The position numbers and the translations under genes were made by a program. From assembly GCA_963769985.1 (NCBI GenBank), contig CAVYNR010000012.1, forward strand, positions 50,766 through 114,765: DNA of 64,000 nt, read 5' to 3'. Positions 11,982 to 22,508 of the stretch are shown here, piece after piece (within the stretch, counting starts at the first letter, position 1; every line of letters begins with the position of its first letter). The stretch comes from an uncultured Actinomycetes bacterium (GTDB lineage Bacteria; Actinomycetota; Acidimicrobiia; Acidimicrobiales; JACCXE01). The notes below the pieces were generated by a model. The model ran no database searches. It saw only the letters and a list, made by a program, of their open reading frames with translations, and was not told where the DNA came from.

Positions 11982-12245
11982 ATGACAGTCGTCGGCGCTG
12001 AACTCGCCTCGCTCGCCCGCCTCGAAGCCGCCGTCGTGCGTCACGGCACCGCGTTGGAGCAGCTGCGCGCCGGGCTGGCCAACGAGATCGACGCCACCGA
12101 GTGGCAGGGCCAGGCGGCCGAACGCTTCCGCGCGGCGTGGCGCGAAGAACACGACCCGTCGTTGCGCCGGCTCGAAGGCGCGCTGCACGAAGCGGCGGCC
12201 GAAGTGGCTCGGCGGCGCGCCGCGCTCGAGGCGGCCGGCGCGTGA
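11982..12245 (+). CDS. WXG100 (ESAT-6-like) family protein
   Basis: 87 aa, helical, central WQG motif in ATEWQGQAAERFRAAW. Confidence 0.85.
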   Translation: MTVVGAELASLARLEAAVVRHGTALEQLRAGLANEIDATEWQGQAAERFRAAWREEHDPSLRRLEGALHEAAAEVARRRAALEAAGA

Positions 12246-12463
12246 ACGAGGTCGCGCTCGTCGCCGCGCTGCTCGATGACCGCGCGCAACGCGTCGAAGC
12301 GCTGGCCGACACTCTCGCCGCCCGCGCCGCGACCGCCACGTGGGCGGGGCCGGCGGCGGACCGCTTCCGATTGCTGATGCTCGAGCGCCGCAACGCCATG
12401 CGCACCGCGGCGATGGCGCTACGCGACGCGGCCCACACGTTGCAGATTGCGAGCGCGCAGTGA
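12242..12463 (+). CDS. Short WXG100-like protein
   Basis: GTG start overlaps the upstream stop (GTGA); 73 aa with TATWAGPAADRF (WxG) in a helix-turn-helix hairpin pattern. Confidence 0.75.
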   Translation: MNEVALVAALLDDRAQRVEALADTLAARAATATWAGPAADRFRLLMLERRNAMRTAAMALRDAAHTLQIASAQ

Positions 12464-12795
12464 CGCGCATCGTCATCGATCCGGCGGAGTTGGCAGCGTT
12501 GAGCGCGCTGTGCCGTAACGCGTCCTACGACGCGGCCGGCATCGCCACCGAGGCGCAATACCGCGTCGGCGCGGTAACGCCCCTTCTCGGCGCCGACGTG
12601 TCGATGACCCTGAACGCGCTCGTAGACCAGGCAGTCGCGTTGCTGCAGCGCGTCGCGACCGAACTCGACGAGGACGCGCTGTCGGTTGCGGTGCTCGGCC
12701 AACGGGGCGCGGCCGCCGACGCGCTCGGCGACATGGCGGGCCCCGAACACTCGCTGCTAACGCGCTTTGACACCACTGGGGAGACCGACGAATGA
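12460..12795 (+). CDS. Small helical protein, type VII secretion target-like (no WxG)
   Basis: GTGA-coupled start. TRIVIDPAELAALSA resembles the I-x-I/V-D-P-x-E-L-x-x-A N-terminus of T7SS substrates. 111 aa. Confidence 0.6.
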   Translation: MTRIVIDPAELAALSALCRNASYDAAGIATEAQYRVGAVTPLLGADVSMTLNALVDQAVALLQRVATELDEDALSVAVLGQRGAAADALGDMAGPEHSLLTRFDTTGETDE

Positions 12796-13496
12796 CAACC
12801 GGGTTACGCGCCACCGCGATCGAAGAGCTGTGTCACACGCTCGGGCTACGCACCCCAATCGGGGTGATCGCATCGGCGCAGAACCCGCCGGCGCGCCACG
12901 ACACGAATGCGGTCGCGAAATTCAGCGACGAGCAACTCACCGCGCTCGGCGTGCTGGCCCAGCCCGAAGCGATCGCGATCGTCACGCAGTGGCCGGTCGT
13001 GCACGTGATCGCGACCCGTGGCGCCTGGCTCGCCGAACACGTCATCGAAGGCGACACCCATCACCTCCACGCGGCCGACGTGGAGAACGCGGCGGTGTTG
13101 CTCCTCGACCGCGCCGGGCTGGTACACGACGTCGATGCGCCCGGATACGAACCCCTCGACGCCACCCTCGGTGCCTATCTGCGCATGGCCGAACTCGCGC
13201 GCGCGGGAGATCAGCCGCGCGCGGTCGCCGCGCTCGTCGGTGACGGCGCGGACGCCGTCGCGTCGGCCGCGCTGGTCGCCGCATTTGCACATCGACATAC
13301 CGAGGTCGCCGGGCTCGGCCACGACGGCCGCCGCTTCGTCGGGTGCGAGGTCGCGTTCGCCGGCCACGACGCGACCGGCCGGTGGTTGGTGCCCTCGTCG
13401 CAACACGGCTCGTCCGGGCGCCTGCGCGTGATCATCGAGCCCACCACCACCGCCGCGTTACGCGAGGAACTCGCGTTGATCTTCGGCGCGACTTAG
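12792..13496 (+). CDS. Putative EspG-like ESX secretion-associated chaperone
   Basis: ATGA-coupled, 234 aa. ALGVLAQPE, DATGRWLV and IEPTTTAALREELA segments resemble the EspG family; WXG100 context supports this. Confidence 0.5.
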   Translation: MTTGLRATAIEELCHTLGLRTPIGVIASAQNPPARHDTNAVAKFSDEQLTALGVLAQPEAIAIVTQWPVVHVIATRGAWLAEHVIEGDTHHLHAADVENAAVLLLDRAGLVHDVDAPGYEPLDATLGAYLRMAELARAGDQPRAVAALVGDGADAVASAALVAAFAHRHTEVAGLGHDGRRFVGCEVAFAGHDATGRWLVPSSQHGSSGRLRVIIEPTTTAALREELALIFGAT

Positions 13497-13696
13497 GGCT
13501 CCCACGACAGCAGGTCGCCGGGTTGGCAGTGGAGCACCTCACAAAGCGCTTCCAGCGTCGAGAATCGCACGGCGCGCGCCTTGCCGGTCTTCAGGATCGA
13601 CAGGTTGGCGAGCGTGATGCCAACCCGGTCGGCCAGTTCGGTCAGCGTCATGCCGCGCGCCGCCAACATTTCGTCGAGGTGCACGACCACCGGCAC
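13493..13696 (-). CDS. Cro/C1-type HTH transcriptional regulator (YozG/HTH_26-like)
   Basis: PVVVHLDEMLAARGMTLTELADRVGITLANLSILKTGKARAVRFSTLEALC...QPGDLL; GTG coupled to the upstream TAG. Confidence 0.92.
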   Translation of the reverse strand: MPVVVHLDEMLAARGMTLTELADRVGITLANLSILKTGKARAVRFSTLEALCEVLHCQPGDLLSWEP

Positions 13697-14386
13697 TAGA
13701 TGGTCGCCGACTCCAGCTCGCGCAGCTCGGCGCCCGCTCGGAACACTTCGGCCAGCGCGAACACGCTTAGCGCGATCACCACGATCGGCAACGCGTCGAC
13801 CCGCGCAACGCTCGGGTGCACGGCGCGCGGTTCGAAGGTTCCCTCGAGCATGCGATTGAGCAGCCAGACGACGACCGGCGCCGCGATGAGCACGCCGCCG
13901 AGCAGTCGTAGGCGCCCGACGTTGCGCTTGTCGAAGGGATCGCCGTCGCGTGCCACGCGCACGACCTTTCGCAACGCGAGGAGACCGGTCCACGCCAGGC
14001 CGATCATTGCCAACAATCCGACGACCAGCAGCACGCGAGTGTCGCGGTCGCTCTTGGCCACGTGCACGTTGACGGTGAGCTTGGATCGCTCGATCTTGAG
14101 CGGTCGACCGTTGTCCGACACGGTGCCGCCCACCTCGCCATCTGACGACACGCGGAAGCTCGGGCCGTCGGCAACGCTGGTAACGGCGAACGGCGGGTCG
14201 ACCGTGGCGTTCAGACCGATGCCCGAGCCGGTGATCGTCGCCGGTGCAGTGCCGACGGCGACCAACGTGCCGATGGCGAAGAACACGACGGCAACGTTGA
14301 GCAGTGTGTTGAGCACGCGCAGGCTGCGCGCCGCGGGTGTTGGTGAGCCGGGCGTTGGGAACGGGTCTAGGTGAAGCGGTCTCCAT
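13696..14386 (-). CDS. DUF2975 family membrane protein
   Basis: Four TM segments, GDPFDKRNVGRLR and AEVFRAGAELRELESATI; typical pairing with a YozG-like HTH. The start is uncertain: probably ATG 14386 with an early indel. Confidence 0.85.
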
Positions 14387-14392
14387 ATCGAT

Positions 14393-14423
14393 AAACGATA
14401 AGACACTATTTATCGTTTGTCAA
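14393..14423 (-). promoter_or_regulatory. Promoter TTGACA-N17-TATCGT overlapped by a perfect 9-bp inverted repeat (putative autoregulatory operator)
   Basis: AAACGATAA-GACACTAT-TTATCGTTT at 14393-14418; minus-strand -35 at 14423-14418 and -10 at 14400-14395. Confidence 0.65.
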
Positions 14424-14457
14424 TAAGACGAATCCGCCGGTGCGCTACGGTCGCTGC

Positions 14458-15261
14458 ATGCGTTCACGTCGTCATATTCCGTTCGTGCTGTTGTCATTGC
14501 TCGCGCTGGTGGCCTCCGCGTGCGGCGGCGACGACGCCGATACTCCGTCGGACACCGCGTCCGCGTCCGACGCCACCACCACGACCGCGAAGAAGGTCGG
14601 TCCGGGCGTGTCGATCACGTCGCCGCGCGACGGCACCGTCATCAAAGGCAACGTCGTCACCCTGAACCTCGCGGTAGGCGGGATAAAGGTCGTCAAGGCT
14701 GACGGCGACGTCTCCGGCGCGACCGGGCACTTCCACGTGTTTGTCGACAAGGAGCCGCCCGCGGTCGGCGCGCTCATCGACAAGGGGCCGGGCATCATCC
14801 ACTCCGCCGACAACCCGGTGCTGGTGCCGGGCCTGTCGAAGGGCGACCACACGCTGACCATCGTGCTCGGCGACGGCACGCACAAGCGGATCGACGCCAA
14901 GGCGGTCGCGGTCAAGATCAAGATCGCCGGTCCGTCGCTGAAGGCCACCGCGCCGACCACCCTCGCCGCCGGCGCGCCGCTTTCGATCGACGTCACCGTC
15001 GACGGAGTCCGCCTTACCACGGCCGACGGCGACACCTCCGGCGCTACTGGCCACCTCCACGCGTTCGTCGACAAGCCGCCGGTGTTGCCGGGCGAACTCA
15101 TCCCCACCGGCGACCCGGCGATCATTCACTCCGCGACCTCGCCGATCTCGGTAACCGGGCTCGCGGCGGGCGAGCACACCATCTGGATCGTCCTGGGCGA
15201 CGGAGCGCACGCCGCCTTCACGGACTCGGTGCGCGACAAGGTGACCGTTCTCGTCTCCTAG
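14458..15261 (+). CDS. Lipoprotein with two DUF4399-like domains
   Basis: Lipobox LVASAC-GG; internal duplication of GHFHVFVD/GHLHAFVD and GDHTLTIVLGDGTH/GEHTIWIVLGDGAH. Confidence 0.8.
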   Translation: MRSRRHIPFVLLSLLALVASACGGDDADTPSDTASASDATTTTAKKVGPGVSITSPRDGTVIKGNVVTLNLAVGGIKVVKADGDVSGATGHFHVFVDKEPPAVGALIDKGPGIIHSADNPVLVPGLSKGDHTLTIVLGDGTHKRIDAKAVAVKIKIAGPSLKATAPTTLAAGAPLSIDVTVDGVRLTTADGDTSGATGHLHAFVDKPPVLPGELIPTGDPAIIHSATSPISVTGLAAGEHTIWIVLGDGAHAAFTDSVRDKVTVLVS

Positions 15262-15320
15262 GTCCGTCTCGTAGGGCTTCGACCACGCTGGTTGTCACAC
15301 CCACGGCGTACGTTGGCAGC

Positions 15321-17159
15321 GTGCTGGAGCGCGTCCGCAAGTCGGCGGAGTACCAATTTCTGACCCTGCTCACGCGGGTGGATGCTGGTCTGGGCGCGGG
15401 CTGGTGGCTGTTGATCCTCGTGCGGGCCGTGCTGCCCGCGGCGTTCGCCCTTTCCATGGGGTCCTTGATCACCGCGGTCAACGACGGCAACGAGGTCGGC
15501 GCCTCGCTGTACGCCGTCGGCGGCCTGTTCTTTGCGATGCAGATGCTGCCGCCCATTCACGGCGCCATCTCCGCCAACCTCGCGTCCAAGACCACCACCT
15601 ACCTGCACGATCTCCTGCTTGAGGCGGCGTTGGTGCCCGCGGGCATCGCGCACCTCGAGCGCACCGAGCTAAACGACCGGTTGACCCAGGCGCGCGACTT
15701 CGACCTCGCGATCACCGGACCGCCGATGACGGCGTCGATGCCGCGCATCGCCGACGGCTTCGTCGAGGTCGGCGGCGGCGTTGGCCTCGCGTGCCTGCTG
15801 TTCGGTTACCGCTGGTGGGCGCCGTTCCTGGCGGGCTTCGGCTGGCTTTGGAGTCACCGGTTGTTGCGCAAGAGCTCGGTGTGGAAGGCGTGGGAAGACC
15901 CGACCGTCGTCGACGAGATGCGCCACGTGAACTACGCGTACAACCTCGCCGTGCGGGCGCCGGCGGCGAAGGAGATCCGCCTGTTCGGGCTCGCCGACTG
16001 GACCGTCGACCGCTACTTCACGCGCCGCAAGCGCATGGTCGAACTCACCATCAAGGCGCGGTCGCTGAAGAAGACGCCCATCACGCTGGCGGTTGCCGCG
16101 ATCGTGGGCGGCAACGTGGCGCTGTTCTGGTCGATCGCGAGCGACGCGTCGGCGGGCAATATCGCCATCGGGTCGGTCACCGTGTTCGCGCAAGCGGCGC
16201 TTGGCGCCAGCGCACTGGCGTTCGGTGAAGTCGACTGGTGGTTCCGGCAGGGTTCGCAGTCGGTCCCGGTCGTGCTCGACCTCGTCGAGGACATGCGCAA
16301 CACCGACGTCGTGCCGCTCACGGCCGGCGCGCCGGTGCAGGACGCACCGAAGAACGCGATCGCGTTCGAGAACGTCACGTTCTCCTACCGCGACGGCCCG
16401 CCGGTGTTCGACGGGCTCACGTTGTCGATCCCAGCGGGCAAGTCCATCGCGGTCGTCGGGCAGAACGGCGCCGGCAAGACCACGCTCGCCAAATTGCTGT
16501 GCCGGTTGTACGACCCGACCGACGGAGCGATCCGCGTCGACGGTACCGACCTGCGCGACCTCGACCTGCCGGAGTGGCGGTTGAACCTCGCCGCCGTGTT
16601 CCAGGACTACATCCGCTACGAGTTGCCACTGGCCGACAACGTCGCGCCTACCGGCGGTTCGGTCGAACTCGTCGCCGACGCGCTGCGCCAAGCGGGCGCC
16701 GACGAACTCGCCGATCAACAAACGGTGCTGTCGCGGGCGTACGGCGGCGGCACCGATCTGTCGGGCGGCCAGTGGCAACGCGTCGCGCTGGCGCGCGCGC
16801 TGTTCGCGGTGCAGGCGGGGGCGGGCGTGGTGCTGCTCGACGAGCCGACCGCGCAACTCGACGTGCGGGGCGAAGCCGAGATCTTCGACCGCATCCTGCA
16901 AGCCACCAAGGGTCGCACCACCATCTTGATCTCGCACCGCTTCGCCACGGTTCGCCACGCCGATCTCATCTGCGTGCTCGAACACGGCAAGGTGATCGAG
17001 CTGGGCACCCACGACGAGTTGATCGCCCGAGGCGGCCGCTACCGCACGATGTTCGACCTGCAGGCGGCGCGCTTCGAAGAAGACGGCTTTACCGGCGACC
17101 CCGAAGACGCGTCGGACGAAGCAGCTTCGATTGAAACTGGGGAGGTGCACGTCTCATGA
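15321..17159 (+). CDS. ABC exporter, fused permease/ATP-binding subunit
   Basis: N-terminal TM helices; Walker A GQNGAGKT, LSGGQWQR, LLDEPT. Confidence 0.92.
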   Translation: MLERVRKSAEYQFLTLLTRVDAGLGAGWWLLILVRAVLPAAFALSMGSLITAVNDGNEVGASLYAVGGLFFAMQMLPPIHGAISANLASKTTTYLHDLLLEAALVPAGIAHLERTELNDRLTQARDFDLAITGPPMTASMPRIADGFVEVGGGVGLACLLFGYRWWAPFLAGFGWLWSHRLLRKSSVWKAWEDPTVVDEMRHVNYAYNLAVRAPAAKEIRLFGLADWTVDRYFTRRKRMVELTIKARSLKKTPITLAVAAIVGGNVALFWSIASDASAGNIAIGSVTVFAQAALGASALAFGEVDWWFRQGSQSVPVVLDLVEDMRNTDVVPLTAGAPVQDAPKNAIAFENVTFSYRDGPPVFDGLTLSIPAGKSIAVVGQNGAGKTTLAKLLCRLYDPTDGAIRVDGTDLRDLDLPEWRLNLAAVFQDYIRYELPLADNVAPTGGSVELVADALRQAGADELADQQTVLSRAYGGGTDLSGGQWQRVALARALFAVQAGAGVVLLDEPTAQLDVRGEAEIFDRILQATKGRTTILISHRFATVRHADLICVLEHGKVIELGTHDELIARGGRYRTMFDLQAARFEEDGFTGDPEDASDEAASIETGEVHVS

Positions 17160-18965
17160 TGCGGGGCATCCCTTCGCCGACGGAGGAGAAGGACCTTCCG
17201 TCCATGCCGGCGTCGCTTCTGCACTCGCTCAAGTTCGCGTACCAGGCCCAGCCAATGCTGCTCGTGGTGTCGTTTGGGTTGACCATCGGCGGGCTCATTC
17301 CCGAGGCGCTCTCGGCGTTGTGGCTTCGCCTCCTGTTACACGGGATCAGCGCCGGCAACGACGGCGAGACGCTGCGCGCCGCGATCGGCCTCGCCCTCAC
17401 CGGCGGCACCGGGTGGTTGCTGCGCACTGTCGGGTCGCGCTACGTCGCCATCTTCGGCGACCGCATCGCCTTGGCGGTCGAGACCCACGTCGCACAGTTG
17501 CAGGCGAGTGTCTCCACAATCGAGCACCACGAGCGCGCCGACTACCTCAACCGCCTGCAAATCCTGCACGACCACTCGTTCCTGCTGAACCACATCTACC
17601 CGTCGCTCATGCAGTACATCGGCTCGGCGGCGCGCCTCGTCATCACCGTCGGGCTATTGATGTCGATCTCGCCCGTCCTCGGCCTACTGGTGTTGTTCGC
17701 GGTGCCGACGATCACCGTGTCCACGCGTCGCGCCGGGATCGAGCGACGCACCGAAGAACACGCGGCGCCGAGCGTGCGCTTGGCGCGCCATTTCTTCGAA
17801 CTCGGCACCACGCCCGGCGCGGCGAAGGAACTCCGCGTGTCGTCGGCGGAACAGACCATCGCCCGGCGTCGCCGCGAGGCGTTCTTCGAGGGCTACCAGC
17901 CCGTCGCCCGCGAACGCTGGATAACGGCGTGGCAGAACGCGGCGGCGTGGTTGTTGTTCGGCGCGGCATACGTGACCGCCGTGTCGTATGTCGCGCAGCG
18001 GGCCAACACCAACGCGGGCGACGTCGTGCTCACGCTGGCGGCGGGCGCCGCGCTGTCGCGGTATCTGGGCCAGACCGTGGGCCAGACCGAATTCCTGCGC
18101 TGGAACATCGAAGCGGCGCAACGGCTGCTGTGGCTCGAGCGCTACGTCGAGTCGCGCACCGGGGTGAACGAAGGCGACGCGCCGCTCACGATCGCGCACG
18201 ACATCACGTTCGAGAACGTGTCGTTCAAGTACCCGGCCACCGACACGATGGTGCTGCAAGACGTGAACCTCAGGTTGCCCGCTGGTTCGGTGATCGCAAT
18301 CGTGGGCGAAAACGGTGCGGGCAAGTCGACCCTCACGAAGTTGCTGTGCCGCCTGTACGACCCGACCGACGGGCGGATCACCGTCGACGGCGTCGACTTG
18401 GCAACGATCGACCCTGACTCGTGGCGCGAACGCCTCGGTGGCGCGTTCCAGGACTTCTTCCGCTTCGAGTTCCTCGCCGCCAACAGCGTCGGGCTCGGCG
18501 ACCTTCCGCGGCTCGACGAGCGGCCCGCCGTGCAGGTCGCGGTGGATCGCGGCGGCGCCACCGACGTGATCGAGAAGCTGACCGAGGGCCTCGAAACTCA
18601 GCTCGGCCCGTCATGGCTCAACGGCAAGCGATCTCAGCTTCGGTCAGTGGCAGAAGATCGCGGTCGCCCGCGGGTTCATGCGCGACCGGCCGCTGTTGTG
18701 CGTGCTCGACGAGCCCACCGCCGCGCTCGACGCCGAAACCGAACACACCCTGTTCGAGCGCTTCGCCGAGTCGTCGCGCGCGGCGGCCGCCGACGGGCGC
18801 ATCACCGTGCTCGTGTCGCACCGATTCTCCACCGTGCGCATGGCGGATCTGATCGTGGTGCTCGACGGATCACGCGTCGCCGAGTTCGGCGACCACGAAA
18901 CCCTCATGGCCAAGCGCGGCCTGTACGCCGAGCTCTACGGCATCCAAGCGGCCGGTTACCGCTAG
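17156..18965 (+). CDS. ABC exporter, fused permease/ATP-binding subunit (frameshift near 18630)
   Basis: GENGAGKS in ORF 17156; VLDEPT and SHRFSTVRMAD in ORF 18678..18965. Confidence 0.88.
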
Positions 18966-19092
18966 GCGGACAAATTGCAGGAATCGGCCGCCACAATCCC
19001 GAAGTAACCATGGCGGATGTGCCCCAGGTCACATTGCGTGAAAACGCTCTACTGGCACACTGCCGTCGACCGGGGAAAATGGGGAGAACGAA

Positions 19093-19854
19093 ATGAAGCT
19101 TCGTACGTTGCTGTCGGGTGCCATCGCGCTGGCGTTGGTGGGCGCAGGCACGCTGGCTACGTCGGCCACTGCCGATGAAGAGGTCATCAACGCCGACGTC
19201 GGTGGCGGCGCTGCCGGCATCCAGGCCTTCCTGTTGGCCGATACGCCGGTCTTGAACGTGGTGGATCAGGACTACGTCGAGGTCACCCACGTCTACCCCC
19301 GTGTCGTGCTGGGCAAGGACGGCGGCAATCCGCAGGCCAAGTTCGCCGTCAACCAGACCGTCGGTCCGGTGAAGGTCAAGAGCCTGTACCAAAAGATCAG
19401 CGGCGCCCGCAACGGCAAGCCCGCGTTCGCCACCGCCCAGAGCCTCCTTAAGGGCATCGACATCGCCGGCACCAAGATCGGCGCGTTGGACGTGGTGTGC
19501 ACGTGGGACCGCGCTGGTGCGCGCGGCACGACCACAGTCACCGACGCCGCGGGAACCGTGTACCAACCGGCCCCGAATACCGAGACGGTGATACCGGGCA
19601 TCGGCGTCCTCGTGTTGAACGAGCAGTACTTCGAAGGTGTGTACCAGCCTGACCCGACGATTCCCGACGGTCCGCCGAATTACGGCGAGCGCTATTTCCC
19701 GAGCGTGATCTACGTCGTCGGCGCCCACCTCTTCCTTTATGCAGACGTGGCCGAAACCCTCGGGGTAGTCGACATCCAACTCGGCGTCACGAGCTGCGAC
19801 CCGGTCAAGCTGCCGCCCCTCAGCGGGCTGAAGCTCGGGTCCAACGACGCCTAG
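19093..19854 (+). CDS. Secreted protein, choice-of-anchor P-like
   Basis: Sec signal peptide (…TSATA); APNTETVIPGIGVLVLNEQ motif and paired Cys. Confidence 0.6.
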   Translation: MKLRTLLSGAIALALVGAGTLATSATADEEVINADVGGGAAGIQAFLLADTPVLNVVDQDYVEVTHVYPRVVLGKDGGNPQAKFAVNQTVGPVKVKSLYQKISGARNGKPAFATAQSLLKGIDIAGTKIGALDVVCTWDRAGARGTTTVTDAAGTVYQPAPNTETVIPGIGVLVLNEQYFEGVYQPDPTIPDGPPNYGERYFPSVIYVVGAHLFLYADVAETLGVVDIQLGVTSCDPVKLPPLSGLKLGSNDA

Positions 19855-19871
19855 GCCGAGCTAAGGCGTTA

Positions 19872-22477
19872 GTGGCTGCCGACGAACGCGAGGCGCATCC
19901 GCTTCCAACGTCGGGAGCCCTGACCTTTCTCTTTACCGACATAGAGGGCTCCACGCGCAAAGCGCATGAGCTGGGCGAAAACTGGTTCGGCGTGCTCGAA
20001 GCGCACCACGCTCTGCTGCGGCCGGTGTTCGCCGCGCACGGCGGGCTGGAAGTTAGTACCGCGGGTGACTCGTTCTTCCTCGTGTTCGAAGACGCGGCGC
20101 ACGCGATCGAGGCGTCCGTCGCCATGCAGCGCGCGATCGCCGCGCACGACTGGTCACCGAGCCCGCCGGTCAAGGTCCGCATGGGCATGCACACCGGTCT
20201 GGCTCGGTTCCGGCCGCACGACAATGACTACGCCGGGCTGACCGTTCACGCTGCGTCGCGCGTGGAGTCCGCGGCGTACGGAGCGCAGGTGCTCATAACG
20301 CAAGCCACGCTGGACGCGGCCGAAGCGACCTTGCCCGACGGCCTCGGAATACTCGATCTGGGTTTTCACCGGCTGAAGGACTTGCCGTCGGAGTTGCGGA
20401 TCTATCAGATCACGGCGGACGGCCTCGAGCGCGAGTTCCCCGTGGTGCGCGGCATCGACGTCGTGCGCAACAACGTGCCGGTTCCGCCGTCGAGTTTCGT
20501 CGGGCGCACCGCCGTCCTAACCCGCCTGCATCAGATGCTCGACGAGGACCGGATCGTCACCATCGTCGGGTCGGGCGGGACCGGCAAGACCCGGGTGTCG
20601 CTTCGCCTGGCGAGCGAGCGGTTGCACCGCCACACCGACGGGGTGTGGTTCGTCGAACTCGATTCCGCTCACGACGAGATCGGCGTCGTCAATGCGGTCG
20701 CGGCTGTGCTCGGCGTGCGGGAGGAGCGCGACCGGCCCTTGTTGGACACCGTGGTCGAATTCGTGCGCGACAGCAACGTGCTTGTTCGTCATCGACAACT
20801 GCGAGCACGTCATCGATCACGTCGCCCGCGTCATCGAACAGATCCTGCGCAGCGGGCCAAACGTCCGCGTCCTGGCGACCAGCCGCGAAGCAATCGAGAT
20901 CGACGGTGAACGCACGTGGCCGTTGGCCCCGCTCGCAGTGGACGACGACGACCCCGCGTCGAGTGAAGCAGTGCAGTTGCTGGTCGAGCGCGTCGCCCGG
21001 GTGCGGCCCGACTTCGAGCTCACGGCGGACCTCGTAGCCGCCGCGGCCACGATTGCTCGACGTCTCGACGGCCTTCCGCTCGCGCTCGAACTGGCAGCGG
21101 CGAGCGCGTCGACGTTGCATCTCGACGACATTGCCGAGCAGCTCGACAACCGCTTCGACCTGCTGACCCGCGGCAGCCGCACCGCGCTCGATCGACAGAA
21201 GACGCTGTGGGGCGCAATCGACTGGAGTTACGGCCTTCTCGACGAGCGACAGGCCGTCCTGTTCCGCCGACTGGGGGTGTTCCCATCCGAGTTCGACTTC
21301 GGCGTTACGAACGCCGTATGCGGCGGAGACGGAGTCGACGTCGACGACGCTCTGCCGGTCCTGCTCCGGAAGTCACTGGTCACCGAGTCGCCCTCGACAC
21401 GGCTTCGCCTGCTCGAATCAATTCGTGCCTACGCACGCGACCGGCTCTCCGAAAACGGTGAACTCGACGAGTTCGCCGAGCGCCACGCCCGCTACTTCGT
21501 CGACAGCGTCGGCGATCGCGAAATTTCGGACACTGAATGGATCGACACCATCCAGGAGGATCTCGCGGCGGCCCTGCGATGGGGAGGCGAACACGATCCC
21601 GACGTTCAGGTACGCGCGACTCGTGGAGCTGCAACCCTTCTGGATGCGAAGGGGGCGCTGGAGCGAGAGGCCGCGAGCTGAGCAAGGAAGTGCTCGACGC
21701 CACCGCCGACCAGCGGACGACCGCACGGCGGCGCGCGCTCGGCTACGCCGGCCAACTCGCATCGAACCAAGGAGACGTCGCGACGGCGCGCGGCGTACTT
21801 CGAGCAGGCCGCCGAACTCGCCGCCGCAACTGGTGGCCCTGAGCAAGCGCAGTTGGTGCTGGGTGACCTCGGCGAGTTGGCGGCGAGCGAGGGCGACTTC
21901 GACACGGCGGAGGCGCTGTATCGCCGTGCGCTCGAGGCCGCTCGCGCGCTAGAGAAGAAGGAAGCCATTGCGCTGTGCTTGGCCCACCTCGCGCGAGTCA
22001 CGAGCCATGCGCGGCGACTTGGCTCGCGGCGTGGACCGACGGCTTGGACGCGCTCGAGGCCGCCCGCGGCTTGGGATGGGTCGACCTCGAGCTTCGCGAT
22101 GACGGCGATCGTGGGCGACGTCGCTCGTCAACGCGGCGAACTCGACGAGGCGCGACGCATCTACTCCGATGCGGTGGCCACCGCCCGCAAGGTGGAGAAC
22201 CGTCAGTCGTTGCTGTACGCGGTCTACGGGCTGGGCCTGGTGGAGCTCGACGCCGGTGACGCGTTGCGTGCCGCACCGCTACCTGCGCGAGTCGCTCGTG
22301 CTCGGCCAAGAGCTAGGCGCTGACGACGACCTCGTCGAGAGCCTCGACGCCGCTACCCGACTCGCTGGCGCGCTGGGGCGATCCGAGGCCGCCGCCGCGT
22401 GGCGCATAGACGCCGGGCTGTCGCACGAACGAAGCCGCCGAGGCCGCGGCGGTGTTCTTGCGGAGCGTTACGTCTGA
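19872..22477 (+). CDS. Adenylate/guanylate cyclase - NB-ARC-like ATPase - TPR protein (multiple frameshifts)
   Basis: FLFTDIEGST, GDSFF, VRMGMHTG (class III cyclase); GSGGTGKT, IDNCEH, RLDGLPLALELAA (STAND ATPase); TPR-like helices in later frames. Confidence 0.88.
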
Positions 22478-22508
22478 CGAATGAGCTGGGGGTTTTCGGC
22501 CCGTCCGC

